From contig CAWDBP010000007.1 in assembly GCA_963800585.1 (NCBI GenBank), positions 371,770-435,769 on the forward strand: 64,000 nucleotides of DNA, given 5' to 3'. Positions within the stretch are counted from its first letter, which is position 1; the number at the start of each line of letters is the position of its first letter. Under the pieces are notes generated by a model that was not told the DNA's origin, did not search any database, and saw nothing but the letters and a program-made list of their open reading frames with translations. Positions 27,705 to 37,698 of the stretch are shown piece after piece. Origin of the DNA: an uncultured Bacteroidales bacterium (lineage in GTDB: Bacteria; Bacteroidota; Bacteroidia; Bacteroidales; FEN-979). Position numbers and translations under genes: made by a program.

Positions 27705-28696
27705 GACTTGTCCTGACAGTTAAGGAAATTGATCATGGCATTAATATCCTGGTCTTTCATACAACGGAAATGACCTTTCGGACATTTATCAAAACCCAGT
27801 TTTGAACAGGGACGACAAGAAAGTCCTTTTACTTCAGAGATAAAAGACACCGCATTTTCTTTTCCTTCAAGGAATGGATACATCCCAAATTCCGGAATGG
27901 TATTTCCCCAGATGGAGAGAATTGTCTTACCGAATGCAGCAGCAATGTGCATTAAACCGGTATCATTCGTGATGACTTTCGCGGCCTGGCGAATGAGTGA
28001 AGCGCTCTGATTGATAGAAAAACGGCCACAGGCATTAAATACTGTGCTTTCTGCAAGCAGTTCAATCTTGCGTCCTCTTGCTTCATCTTCTTTTCCACCT
28101 ATTAATAGTATAGGTCTGGAAATTTTCCGGCAAACTTCGGCCACTTTTTCTTCCGGGAAGATCTTCGTTATGTGCTTACCACCGATAACAAAGGCGATAA
28201 AATCTTTCCTGAATGGCTCAGGAAGAAAGTCTGACGCGACCTCTTCTCCGGAGGGAATAAAATAATCAAGACCTTTTCCGTCGTTATGAATTTTTAAACG
28301 TTTCACTGCAATGAAATACCGGCCGACTATATGGATATGGGGAAGGTAGTCGATCCTGAGGTTGACGATCATCCACTTTTTCAGATTCAGTTTTTGAAAT
28401 GTACCGTAAGGTTTCCTGAGGTGGACGAGAACATACAAACTGCGAAGGTTTTTATGAAGGTCAACAATAAAATCAAAGTTTTCGGCCTTGAGGAGGGGAA
28501 GAAGTTCTTTAAAGTTTTTTTCGTACAACCAGATCTTGCTCAGATATGGATTTTCGTTCAGTAGCAAATGGTTTTGTGCTTTCGTCAGATAATGGATCTC
28601 TGCATCCGGAAGCTGTGTTTTCAGGCAGCGGATCACAGGGGTTGTGAGAACAATATCCCCGATAGAACTGAAGCGGATGATCAGGATCTTCTTCAA
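27701..28696 (-). CDS. Family 9 glycosyltransferase (heptosyltransferase-like)
   Basis: 331 aa with N-terminal ILIIRFSSIGDIVLTTPVIRCLK and C-terminal NDTGLMHIAAAFG. It overlaps both neighbours by 4 nt. Confidence 0.85.
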   Translation of the reverse strand: MKKILIIRFSSIGDIVLTTPVIRCLKTQLPDAEIHYLTKAQNHLLLNENPYLSKIWLYEKNFKELLPLLKAENFDFIVDLHKNLRSLYVLVHLRKPYGTFQKLNLKKWMIVNLRIDYLPHIHIVGRYFIAVKRLKIHNDGKGLDYFIPSGEEVASDFLPEPFRKDFIAFVIGGKHITKIFPEEKVAEVCRKISRPILLIGGKEDEARGRKIELLAESTVFNACGRFSINQSASLIRQAAKVITNDTGLMHIAAAFGKTILSIWGNTIPEFGMYPFLEGKENAVSFISEVKGLSCRPCSKLGFDKCPKGHFRCMKDQDINAMINFLNCQDKS

Positions 28697-29331
28697 CGGA
28701 TAAACGGATTATTCATCTTTTCATACCCAATGGTGGTTTCCGGTCCATGACCTGCATAGACGATAGTATTATCGGGCAAGGTAAATAATTTTTCAAGGAT
28801 GCTCTTCATTAACAGCTCGAAGTTCCCTGATGGAAGATCTGTCCTGCCAATGGTATCCCTGAAGAGTACATCACCGGTAATTACAAAGCCTTGTGCCTTA
28901 TTATAAAAACAAACACTTCCGTCAGCATGTCCCGGGGTATGTAGGACTTCAAGAACTGATGTTCCAAAAGTGATCTTCTCATTATCTTTGAGATACCTGG
29001 CAGGTGCCGGAATATTGTCGATTGTATAACCAAATGACCCTGCTATCTCGCTTGCAGGAACCAGTAAAGGAATAGAATCTTCATGGTATTCGGGATAGAT
29101 ACCAAATGTTTTAGCAATGAAACCGTTACCAAAAATATGATCGATGTGGCAATGAGTATTTAGATTCCTTACCAATTTCAGGTTATTCTTTTCAATAAAG
29201 TCTTTCACCTCTTGTTTCTCATTGTTTTCATAGCAGGCGGCATCAATGATCACACATTCTCCGGATTCTTCAACCAGAATATAACAATTGACCTGGAATG
29301 CATTAAAAATAAATTTCTGTATTCTTAGCAT
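28693..29331 (-). CDS. MBL-fold metallo-hydrolase (glyoxalase II-like)
   Basis: 212 aa with the HCHIDH metal motif, HTPGHADGS and GDVLF. It is the first gene of the 29331-to-25850 minus-strand run. Confidence 0.88.
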   Translation of the reverse strand: MLRIQKFIFNAFQVNCYILVEESGECVIIDAACYENNEKQEVKDFIEKNNLKLVRNLNTHCHIDHIFGNGFIAKTFGIYPEYHEDSIPLLVPASEIAGSFGYTIDNIPAPARYLKDNEKITFGTSVLEVLHTPGHADGSVCFYNKAQGFVITGDVLFRDTIGRTDLPSGNFELLMKSILEKLFTLPDNTIVYAGHGPETTIGYEKMNNPFIR

Positions 29332-29368
29332 ACGAAAATGGTTCTAGGTGCTGATTCATAAAGCACTG

Positions 29369-29376
29369 CAAAAGTA
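29369..29376 (-). promoter_or_regulatory. Bacteroidota -7 promoter box (TACTTTTG)
   Basis: CAAAAGTA on the + strand is an exact TAnnTTTG on the minus strand, 38 nt upstream of the MBL gene ATG at 29331. Confidence 0.4.
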
Positions 29377-29455
29377 CGAAAATTGGGTGTGGTGCCGTGA
29401 CATTTAAAATAATCTTAACTTAGCCGTCCCTTTTACACCCATTGTTTATAGAACT

Positions 29456-32400
29456 ATGAATACTGCGGAATGGTCTGGAATACGCATCTTTCTCACAAGG
29501 GCATTCTTCATTCTTTTCCTCGTTTCAGGTTGCATTTCCATTTCTGTCTATTCACAATTTTACAACGGATCACAACTGACTTTCGGAAAAAACCGGGTTC
29601 AGTTCAAGAACTTTTTATGGGGTTATTTCCGATTTGAGAAGTTCGATACCTATTATTACCTCAACGGGAGGGAATTGGCGATGTATGCCGCCGAATATGC
29701 CGACAATCACATCAAGGAAATCGAAACAGAGTTGCAATCGACCCTTGAGGAGAAAGTTCAGTTTATTATTTTCAATAACCTTACCGATCTAAAGCAGAGC
29801 AATATCGGTTTGGAACAAGAGGAAGAAAGTTATAATACTGGTGGTGTCACAAAGATTATCGGTGGAAAGGTAATGGTATATTTTGACGGAGATTATGATC
29901 ATTTTGAACGGCAGATAAGGGCAGGGATTGCAACGGTCATTCTTAACGAGATGATCTACGGTTCAGGGATAGGAGCACAGATAAAGAACAACGCCATTTT
30001 TACAATGCCTGAGTGGTATGTGAATGGGTTAATCTCTTACATCTCGGAAAAATGGAATCCAGAAATGGACAATGTGGTGAAAGATGCTATCCTGAATAAA
30101 AAATATGAAAAGTTTAACCATCTGATGGGAATCGAGGCTACAGACGCCGGACATTCACTTTGGAATTACATCTCAATGAAATATGGGGAATCCTCAATTC
30201 CCAATATCGTTTACATAGCCCGGCTGAACAGAAATGTTGAAAAAGGGTTCTTTTATGTACTGGGAATTTCTTTCAAGGATCTGATCACCAATTGGCTTAA
30301 TTTTTATAAAGGAATTTACAAGGCAGAAGATCTCTCCCGCACAGATCCGGCTGGTGACAGAATTGTAAAAAAGCCAAAAACAGAAAAAGTTTATCGACAA
30401 ATCAAGATCAGTCCCGACGGTAAATATGCAGCATATTGTGTGCATTACCTAGGAATTTACAAAATTTTCCTGTATGATTTTGAGACTAAAAAATGTCGCA
30501 GGATTTACAGGGGTGGTTACAGGCTTTCTGAAAAACCCGATTTTTCTTTTCCTATCCTTTCCTGGTATCCTACCGGGGAAATATTGGCGATCATCACAGA
30601 AAAAAAAGGAGAAGATTACCTGTATTTCTATTCCCTCAAAGAGAAGACCCTAGATCTGCAGATCCTTCATGATTTTCAGAAGATCCTTGATTTCTCATAT
30701 TCAGATGATGGCAGCAAACTTGTTTTCTCTGCTGTGCAGAAGGGGCAGTCAGATATTTATGTATACAACATTATTGCCGGATCCTATGAACAGATCACAA
30801 AAGACGCATACGATGATTTGAATCCGCGATTTATCAATCATTCCAGCGAAATCATTTTCAGTTCAAACCGCGATAATGATACCATCCGGTTTGATCCTGT
30901 TGTGTTGCAGAAGAACCTTCATCCTGATCATGATATTTTTATTTATAATTATTCAGGAAGAAGACCTGTTCTGCGCAGGATTACTTCGACGCCTATGGTC
31001 GATGAGATACAGCCTATGGCTTATGATGATAATTTTTTCTGTTTTCTGAGCGATCAGAATGGGATCTATAATCGCTTCATTGCACGTTTCGATAGTGCCA
31101 TCACTTTCATTGATACTGCAACACATTACCGTTATTTCACGACTTCATTCCCAGTCACCAATTATTCCAGAAACATTCTTGAGCAGGATATAAATACCCG
31201 TGCAGGAAGGATCGGGGATGTCGCTTTCCTGAACAACCGTGATGAAATGGTAACTTCCGACAGGATTGAACCTAAATTTCTGAAACCTGTTCAATTGCAG
31301 AACACATTTTATGAAGATTTTAAAATGGGGGCAAGTCAGGCAAAAGTGGCACCAACAGGGAAAGACACGACTGCAAAAAGACAGGAAGTATTTATTCCTG
31401 TAGTAAAGAAACATTTTAAAACGGTCAGGATAAGTGAGGAATCAAATGCCGGGAATGAAAAAGCAGTTCCTTTGCCGGCTGGTCAGCAGATGAGTGATTC
31501 CCTGCATCGCACGGGTGTAGATACTTTACTGAATAAGCATGGCACAACTTTCTCGCGCATAATGGTAAAAGATACTACCAATAAGTATCGCACTTCACGT
31601 CCCCTGAATTACAATGTCGAATATTCAATAAACAAAATGGTCACACAGATCGATTTCAATTATTTAAATACTGCTTACCAACCATTTACAGGCGCTCAGA
31701 ATCCTATCTTCATTAACCCCGGGTTGAATGCTCTTCTTATGGTGGGGGTGACCGACCTTATGGAAGACTATCGGATTGTCGGTGGTGTGCGGTTAAACTT
31801 CGATCTTGTGAACAACGAATATCTATTCAGTTATGCCAATTTCCGGCGTCGTTTGCATCACGAGATCACATTCCATCGACAGTCGATCGAAGTTAGCGAT
31901 AATATATATACCATCCGACACCGGATCAATGAGCTTTACTACATCGCCACCTATCCGTTTACTCCGGTATTCAACATTAAAGGAACTGCAACCATCCGCT
32001 ACGATCGTGGAGTATCTCTGTCCACGGATCAACCCAGCCTGGAAACGCCGGACCTTGACAATTACTGGGGAAGTCTGAAGGGAGAACTTACTTATGATAA
32101 TACGCGAAACTTAGGAATAAACCTTTTTAACGGCACCCGTTACAAAATTTTCGGTGAATATTATCAGTTAATAAACGGTGCACATAACAATGTTTTTGTA
32201 TTAGGTGCTGATTTCCGTCATTATGAAAAGATTCACCGTAGCATGATTCTGGCACTGCGTCTAGCTGGAAGCACTTCTTTCGGGACCAACAAGTTGTTAT
32301 ACTATATGGGAGGGGTGGACAATTGGTTGTTTCCGACTTTCGACAACCAGATACCTGTTGCAAATGACCAGAATTATATTTTTCAAACCCTGGCAACAGA

Positions 32401-32794
32401 TATGCGGGGGTTTGACCAGAATATAAGGAATGGTAATAGTTTCGTTGTTTTTAACAGTGAGATCCGGCTTCCTGTCATACGTTATTTCTTTAACCGTCCC
32501 ATCCGTTCCGAACTGCTTAATAATTTTCAGATTATTGCTTTCGGCGATGTGGGAACCGCATGGACGGGATGGAGTCCTTACACTGAATCGAACGAACTCT
32601 TTACCACCTATATTGATAACAAACCCCTGTATATCAAAGTTGAGTTGATGAAGGAACCTTTTGTCGAAGGTTTTGGAGGCGGTTTACGTACCAAAATTTT
32701 CGGGTATTTTATCCGGGGTGACCTGGCATGGGGCGTGGAGGAGTGGAGAATTCAAAAGCCGGTTTTTTACCTGTCGCTCAGCACCGATTTCTAA
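29456..32794 (+). CDS. Large outer-membrane-type protein: TolB-like propeller region plus C-terminal beta-barrel-like region (function unknown)
   Basis: 1112 aa with an N-terminal hydrophobic anchor/signal. The middle has TolB/WD40-like strings (ISPDGKYAAY, YSDDGSKLVFSAVQKGQSDIYVYN). The C-terminal third has alternating-hydrophobic strands ending ...FYLSLSTDF, with a terminal aromatic as in OMP barrels. Confidence 0.55.
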   Translation: MNTAEWSGIRIFLTRAFFILFLVSGCISISVYSQFYNGSQLTFGKNRVQFKNFLWGYFRFEKFDTYYYLNGRELAMYAAEYADNHIKEIETELQSTLEEKVQFIIFNNLTDLKQSNIGLEQEEESYNTGGVTKIIGGKVMVYFDGDYDHFERQIRAGIATVILNEMIYGSGIGAQIKNNAIFTMPEWYVNGLISYISEKWNPEMDNVVKDAILNKKYEKFNHLMGIEATDAGHSLWNYISMKYGESSIPNIVYIARLNRNVEKGFFYVLGISFKDLITNWLNFYKGIYKAEDLSRTDPAGDRIVKKPKTEKVYRQIKISPDGKYAAYCVHYLGIYKIFLYDFETKKCRRIYRGGYRLSEKPDFSFPILSWYPTGEILAIITEKKGEDYLYFYSLKEKTLDLQILHDFQKILDFSYSDDGSKLVFSAVQKGQSDIYVYNIIAGSYEQITKDAYDDLNPRFINHSSEIIFSSNRDNDTIRFDPVVLQKNLHPDHDIFIYNYSGRRPVLRRITSTPMVDEIQPMAYDDNFFCFLSDQNGIYNRFIARFDSAITFIDTATHYRYFTTSFPVTNYSRNILEQDINTRAGRIGDVAFLNNRDEMVTSDRIEPKFLKPVQLQNTFYEDFKMGASQAKVAPTGKDTTAKRQEVFIPVVKKHFKTVRISEESNAGNEKAVPLPAGQQMSDSLHRTGVDTLLNKHGTTFSRIMVKDTTNKYRTSRPLNYNVEYSINKMVTQIDFNYLNTAYQPFTGAQNPIFINPGLNALLMVGVTDLMEDYRIVGGVRLNFDLVNNEYLFSYANFRRRLHHEITFHRQSIEVSDNIYTIRHRINELYYIATYPFTPVFNIKGTATIRYDRGVSLSTDQPSLETPDLDNYWGSLKGELTYDNTRNLGINLFNGTRYKIFGEYYQLINGAHNNVFVLGADFRHYEKIHRSMILALRLAGSTSFGTNKLLYYMGGVDNWLFPTFDNQIPVANDQNYIFQTLATDMRGFDQNIRNGNSFVVFNSEIRLPVIRYFFNRPIRSELLNNFQIIAFGDVGTAWTGWSPYTESNELFTTYIDNKPLYIKVELMKEPFVEGFGGGLRTKIFGYFIRGDLAWGVEEWRIQKPVFYLSLSTDF

Positions 32795-32798
32795 TAAC

Positions 32799-33233
32799 AT
32801 GAATAATCTCATAGACAATAGGATCCTTTCCCTGATCCGAGAACATCATATCTTTACACTTGCCGTTACCCGGGAAGTTCAACCCTGGTGTGCCACTTGT
32901 TTCTATGTTTATGATGAGAAGTGCAACCTTTTTATTTTTACTTCTGAAGATGATACCCGTCATATCCACGATGTGGTTGAAACCGGTAACTTTTTAGTGG
33001 CAGGTGCTATCGCACTTGAAACAAAAATGATTGGAAAAATCAGGGGGATACAGTTCAGTGGGACCATATTTAAACTTGAAGGAGCGGACTTGAAATCAGC
33101 TAAAAAAGCGTATCTGGAAAAATTTCCTATCGCACGGTTTTCAACCCTGTACCTTTGGGGTATAAGCCCCAATTTGATCAAAATGACCGACAACCGGTTA
33201 GGATTCGGGAAAAAATTAATCTGGCATTCCTGA
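32799..33233 (+). CDS. PNPOx-like / YhbP (UPF0306)-like small protein
   Basis: 144 aa from ATG 32799 (the track ORF opens at 32661 inside the preceding gene). The pattern HHIFTLAV...PWCATCFYVYDE...LFIFTSEDDTRH resembles the YhbP/general-stress-26 fold family. Confidence 0.55.
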   Translation: MNNLIDNRILSLIREHHIFTLAVTREVQPWCATCFYVYDEKCNLFIFTSEDDTRHIHDVVETGNFLVAGAIALETKMIGKIRGIQFSGTIFKLEGADLKSAKKAYLEKFPIARFSTLYLWGISPNLIKMTDNRLGFGKKLIWHS

Positions 33234-33239
33234 AACCAA

Positions 33240-34230
33240 AAATGACAAGGTTTTAAATAAAATAGCCATAAGCGAAGGATTGGAAGATGTGAAAAGTGTT
33301 TCACAGGATTCTACCGTTGTAAAAACAAATATTCATTATCCTACGAATAACTCCCTTGTCTGGGATTGTATAAAAACGAGCACCCGGTTATTGGAGCAAT
33401 TGAAACAAGAGATTGATACACTTGATTTTATTGATTACACGAAATCCGCAAAGAAGACCTTTTATGAAATCAATGTTAATCGCAAAAATAAGGATCGGTA
33501 TGATTTATTTTGTAAGCAGTTGATCCTTTTTACCAAAGTAATCAATCAAACGTCCAACGCGATAAAAAAAAAGTCCACGAGTATTATCGCCTGGGGCATT
33601 CAGGAAGAACTGACTAAATTGCTGAGCCTGATGGTACAGGTATATAATGTAGCCTATCGCAAGGAAATTAATGGGGAAAAAGTCCCCAGTGAAGAAAAAC
33701 TGTTTTCGATTTATGAACAACACACCGACATCATTGTGAAAGGGCAAAGGGAAGTGCTGTTTGGCCATAAAGTAAACCTGGCTGCAGGAAAGAGCAATCT
33801 TGTCCTGGATTGTCAGGTTTTGCAGGGCAACCCGGCGGACAAATCATTGTATAAACAAACCATTGACAGGGTTATTCAAAATTATGAGATCGTTCCGCGG
33901 GACAGTGCTACCGATGGAGGATATGCCTGTTTGGCAAACCTTGAGCATGCCCAGAAAGCGGGCGTTGTAAATATTGTGTTTAATAAGGTTGTTGGCAGTA
34001 TGCAGAATATTGTCAGCAGTTTGAACATGGAAACACGTTTGAAGAGATGGCGCAGCGCCATGGAGGCAATAATCTCGAATATTAAGCGTGGCTTCAATAT
34101 CCGTACTTGTAGTTGGAAGGGCTGGATTCACTTCCAGGCTAAAGTTCTTTGGAGTGTTTTGGCATATAACTTCAGGGTGATGACCGCCTTAATTCTTGAC
34201 CGGCTTAAATCTGATCCTCTGGTCAGCTGA
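33240..34230 (+). mobile_element. 5'-truncated IS4/IS5-superfamily DDE transposase remnant
   Basis: DDE triad context is present: DSTVVKTNIHYPTN (D1), SATDGGYA (D2) and RWRSAMEAIISNIKR (R-x3-E-x6-K, E). The N-terminal DNA-binding part is absent. The reading frame stays open upstream into the 3' end of the preceding gene, with no ATG. No inverted repeats were identified. Confidence 0.75.
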
Positions 34231-34508
34231 TTATCTAAATGACCAGTAAAAACAGGCGTTTTGAATAATTAACCACAGGTTTGTCCAATCCTAATCACAT
34301 TTATTTTTAATAAGAATGAATTATCAGGCACTATTATTTTTGTACTCAAACAATTAGATATAACCAGACCCAAGATGTTAATAAGTTAAATTGATTTGCT
34401 GACTTTCTTCTTTGTAAATTGCTCCTTGAAAATTCTTCAATATTACAATCATATCACATTTAATTTTGCGTTGTTTACAGATTTATGATTTCATAATAGA
34501 TTTTTGAT

Positions 34509-37220
34509 ATGGAAAAAGAACCCATTGTAAATGCTGACCAGGATAAAAAACCGGATTTTTACAATGATGTGTTATCGAAAAGAATGCGTCCGAAAGTAAC
34601 AATAGAAGAACCGGAAATGAAGAATCAGGGTAAAGAAACGGAACCACTTAAAGGTAAAGATGAGCAGAAGGACCCGGTCAGGGGAAACCAGAAAGTACAT
34701 TCAACTGAAGAAGCCATGAAGGCTTCCACAGAATATTTTCATGGAGATAATCTTGCAGCCAACGTCTGGGTCAATAAATATGCGTTAAAGAATTCCGAAG
34801 GTCATCTGTTTGAGCTAACCCCTGATGACATGCATCACAGGATTGCTCATGAGATAGCAAGAATCGAAAAAAAGTATCCCAATCCGATGAGCGAGGATGA
34901 GGTTTATAAACTTATCCGGGATTTCAAATATATCATACCCCAGGGAAGCCCAATGGCAGGGATTGGTAATAATTTCCAGATCGGTTCTCTTTCTAATTGT
35001 TTTGTGATTGGAAATGAAGGGGCATCGGATTCTTACGGCGCCATCATGAAGACCGATGAGGAGCAGGTTCAATTAATGAAGAGAAGAGGTGGCGTCGGCC
35101 ATGACCTGTCACACATCCGCCCGAAAAACAGCCTTGTCAAGAATAGTGCATTGACCTCAACAGGTATTGTGCCTTTCATGGAAAGATATTCCAACTCTAC
35201 GCGTGAGGTCGCACAGGAAGGCCGTCGCGGTGCTCTCATGCTCAGCATCTCAATCCAGCATCCGGATGCTGAACAATTTATCAATGCCAAGCTGGAATCG
35301 GGGAAGGTTACCGGTGCCAATATTTCGGTAAAGATCACCGATGAATTTATGAATGCAGTGGTTTCCGATGGAGAATATACCCAGCAATATCCTATCGAGG
35401 TGTCAGACCCTAAGGTTACAAGGAAAATCAAGGCACGGGAACTCTGGAACAAGATCATTCATAATGCCTGGAAATCAGCCGAACCAGGTATCCTCTTTTG
35501 GGATACCATACGGCGGGAATCGGTTCCCGACTGTTATGCCGATCTCGGCTTCAGGACTATATCTACGAATCCTTGTGGAGAGATCCCGTTATGTGCTTAT
35601 GATAGCTGTCGCCTCCTGGCTATCAATCTTTACAGCTATGTGGATAAACCCTTTACCACGGATGCCAGCTTTGATTGCGATTTGTTCATTGATCACGTTC
35701 ATAAAGCCCAGCGAATGATGGACGATATCATTGACCTGGAACTGGAAAAGATCGATAATATTCTTAAGAAGATTAAGAGTGATCCTGAGGATGAAAACAT
35801 CAAATCCCGCGAACGTACCCTTTGGCTTAACATCAAAGAAAAGGCCATCCAGGGTAGAAGAACCGGTTTCGGCATAACAGCCGAGGGAGATATGCTTGCA
35901 GCCCTTGGAACACGTTATGGATCGGATGATGCTATAGATTTCTCCGTGGAGGTTCATAAGATGCTGGCCATTGAAGCTTATCGTTCGTCGATTACCATGG
36001 CAAAAGAAAGAGGTGCTTTCCCAATCTGGAAAGCTGAACGGGAAAAAGACAATCCTTTCATTCTGCGCATGAAAGAGGCTGCCCCGGAGTTGTATAAAGA
36101 AATGGTTAAACACGGTCGTCGTAACATTGCCATCCTTACTATTGCTCCTACAGGTTCTGTCAGCATACTTTCGCAAACCACCTCTGGCCTGGAACCTGTA
36201 TTTGCAGTAACATACAAGCGCCGGCGCAAAGTGAATCCCAATGATAAACATGCCCGGGTCACTTTTACCGATGAGATCGGCGATACCTGGGAAGAATACA
36301 ATGTCTTTCATCATAAATTCGTCACCTGGCTTGAATCAAAGGGATACAACGTGGATGAGGTTTCACGGATAGATGAAAAAGATCTGAAAGCTATTATTAA
36401 GCAATCTCCATATTATAAAGCAACATCAAACGATATTGACTGGGTTGCAAAGGTTCATATGCAGGGTGCCGTCCAGAAATGGGTGGATCATTCGATAAGC
36501 GTTACTGTGAATGTTCCTAATGAAACGAAGGAAGAAATGGTTGCCAGCATCTACCAAACAGCCTGGAAAGCCGGTTGTAAAGGCATGACCGTTTATCGCG
36601 ATGGCAGCCGTGAAGGAGTCCTGGTAAATAATGACAAGAAAGATGATGGAGATAATGCAAATGTATTCATAGAAACCCGTGCACCTCATCGCCCGGATAG
36701 ACTTGAAGCCGAGATCGTGCGCTTTCAGAATGATTATGAGAAATGGATAGCTGTTGTGGGCCTTCTGAACGGTCATCCTTATGAGATCTTTACCGGCCGT
36801 GCCGATGATTTCTGGATCCCGCAATGGGTGCAGAAAGGTTGGATTTGTAAAAATCGTCCGGATGGTGTGAACTCACGTTATGATTTCCAGTTTGAAGACA
36901 GACAAGGATACAAAATCACCATCGAAGGATTATCACGGTCATTTACCAAGGAATACTGGAATTATGCAAAGCTTATCTCCGGGATCCTTCGTCATGGAAT
37001 GCCTTTGCCATTTGTTGTGAATATCATCAGCAAACTTCATTTTGAAGTCGATTCCATCAATACCTGGAAGAACGGTGTAGAACGTGCATTGAAGAAATTC
37101 ATTCCTGATGGAACCCAGGCTCCTGAACGTGTCTGTCCCAACTGCCATGAGGCCAATGTCCTGATATACCAGGAAGGATGCCCAATCTGTACAAAGTGCG
37201 GGTATACCAAATGTGGATGA
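34509..37220 (+). CDS. nrdJ: Adenosylcobalamin-dependent (class II) ribonucleotide reductase
   Basis: 903 aa with YFHGDNLAANVWVNKYAL, the STNPCGEIPL active-site loop and GCKGMTVYRDGSR. The C-terminal Cys4 ribbon is CPNCH...CPICTKCG. A charged ~70-aa N-terminal extension is present. Confidence 0.92.
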   Translation: MEKEPIVNADQDKKPDFYNDVLSKRMRPKVTIEEPEMKNQGKETEPLKGKDEQKDPVRGNQKVHSTEEAMKASTEYFHGDNLAANVWVNKYALKNSEGHLFELTPDDMHHRIAHEIARIEKKYPNPMSEDEVYKLIRDFKYIIPQGSPMAGIGNNFQIGSLSNCFVIGNEGASDSYGAIMKTDEEQVQLMKRRGGVGHDLSHIRPKNSLVKNSALTSTGIVPFMERYSNSTREVAQEGRRGALMLSISIQHPDAEQFINAKLESGKVTGANISVKITDEFMNAVVSDGEYTQQYPIEVSDPKVTRKIKARELWNKIIHNAWKSAEPGILFWDTIRRESVPDCYADLGFRTISTNPCGEIPLCAYDSCRLLAINLYSYVDKPFTTDASFDCDLFIDHVHKAQRMMDDIIDLELEKIDNILKKIKSDPEDENIKSRERTLWLNIKEKAIQGRRTGFGITAEGDMLAALGTRYGSDDAIDFSVEVHKMLAIEAYRSSITMAKERGAFPIWKAEREKDNPFILRMKEAAPELYKEMVKHGRRNIAILTIAPTGSVSILSQTTSGLEPVFAVTYKRRRKVNPNDKHARVTFTDEIGDTWEEYNVFHHKFVTWLESKGYNVDEVSRIDEKDLKAIIKQSPYYKATSNDIDWVAKVHMQGAVQKWVDHSISVTVNVPNETKEEMVASIYQTAWKAGCKGMTVYRDGSREGVLVNNDKKDDGDNANVFIETRAPHRPDRLEAEIVRFQNDYEKWIAVVGLLNGHPYEIFTGRADDFWIPQWVQKGWICKNRPDGVNSRYDFQFEDRQGYKITIEGLSRSFTKEYWNYAKLISGILRHGMPLPFVVNIISKLHFEVDSINTWKNGVERALKKFIPDGTQAPERVCPNCHEANVLIYQEGCPICTKCGYTKCG

Positions 37221-37228
37221 TCCTCTTA

Positions 37229-37636
37229 TCAGAAATGCAGCTTGTGATAATCAAATGTCTGACTGTCCCTCAATCTCCGGATCTTTTGCGTTATAGCTAA
37301 TAGTGACTTCAAATTGTTCCGGATAAACCATTCAATGGCTTCTCCTTTGCCATGAACTGCTTCAGCAAAAACAATATGGAATATATAATTATTTCTCTTT
37401 AACCATTCAAAGGCATCCATGTTTTCATCAATGGCGCTGTCGAGTGCAGCCAACTCAGGAAATCCATTTTTCATCAACCAGTCGACAGCTTCATCACTTC
37501 CCTGGACTGCATAAGAGAGCGCTGCAAGCTCAGGATACCCGTGTTTTAAAAACCAGTCAAGAATATCTTTCCCACCTTCAATGGTCTCACCAAAGGCGAT
37601 TAGGATCTTGGGAGGATATTTTAGCAAGTCTGGCAT
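37229..37636 (-). CDS. Hypothetical protein with four 25-aa helical repeats
   Basis: 135 aa with repeats ..D..DW(F/L)(L/M)K.G(Y/F)PELAAL....., for example ILDWFLKHGYPELAALSYAVQ and AVDWLMKNGFPELAALDSAID. I recognised no known family. Confidence 0.55.
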   Translation of the reverse strand: MPDLLKYPPKILIAFGETIEGGKDILDWFLKHGYPELAALSYAVQGSDEAVDWLMKNGFPELAALDSAIDENMDAFEWLKRNNYIFHIVFAEAVHGKGEAIEWFIRNNLKSLLAITQKIRRLRDSQTFDYHKLHF

Positions 37637-37698
37637 AATGGGTATTAGGAGTTTGGTACTGGGTAATGATAAGTCAGGTATTGGGTATTTGTTTTTTA
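37637..37698. repeat. GGGTATT-type heptad spacer between the radical SAM gene stop and the next start
   Basis: AAT GGGTATTA GGAGTTT GGTACT GGGTAAT GATAAGTCA GGTATT GGGTATTTG. It has the same composition and context as 26879-26930, lying between two co-directional minus-strand genes. Confidence 0.55.

Noticed and set aside
33932-33947. Sigma-54-like TTGGCAAACCTTGAGCA (GG-N10-GC spacing). Other TGGCAC occurrences were noted near 11204, 31347, 32250 and 50815.
   Set aside because: All lie inside coding sequence, not upstream of a start codon, and only the first keeps correct -24/-12 spacing. No convincing sigma-54 promoter is present in the window.
34231-34508. NrdR box or cobalamin riboswitch upstream of nrdJ.
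   Set aside because: I could find no 16-bp ACACTATATATAGTGT-like palindrome pair and no B12-box-like conserved core. The region is simply AT-rich and may instead contain the right end of the IS remnant.
35589-36314. 241-aa ORF antisense to nrdJ, and many similar track ORFs antisense to or out of frame with strong genes (for example 649-1017, 1031-1363, 2882-3316, 43478-43819, 58940-59419).
   Set aside because: Each lies entirely within a gene whose product carries unambiguous family motifs on the other strand or frame. None shows a motif, signal peptide or promoter box of its own.
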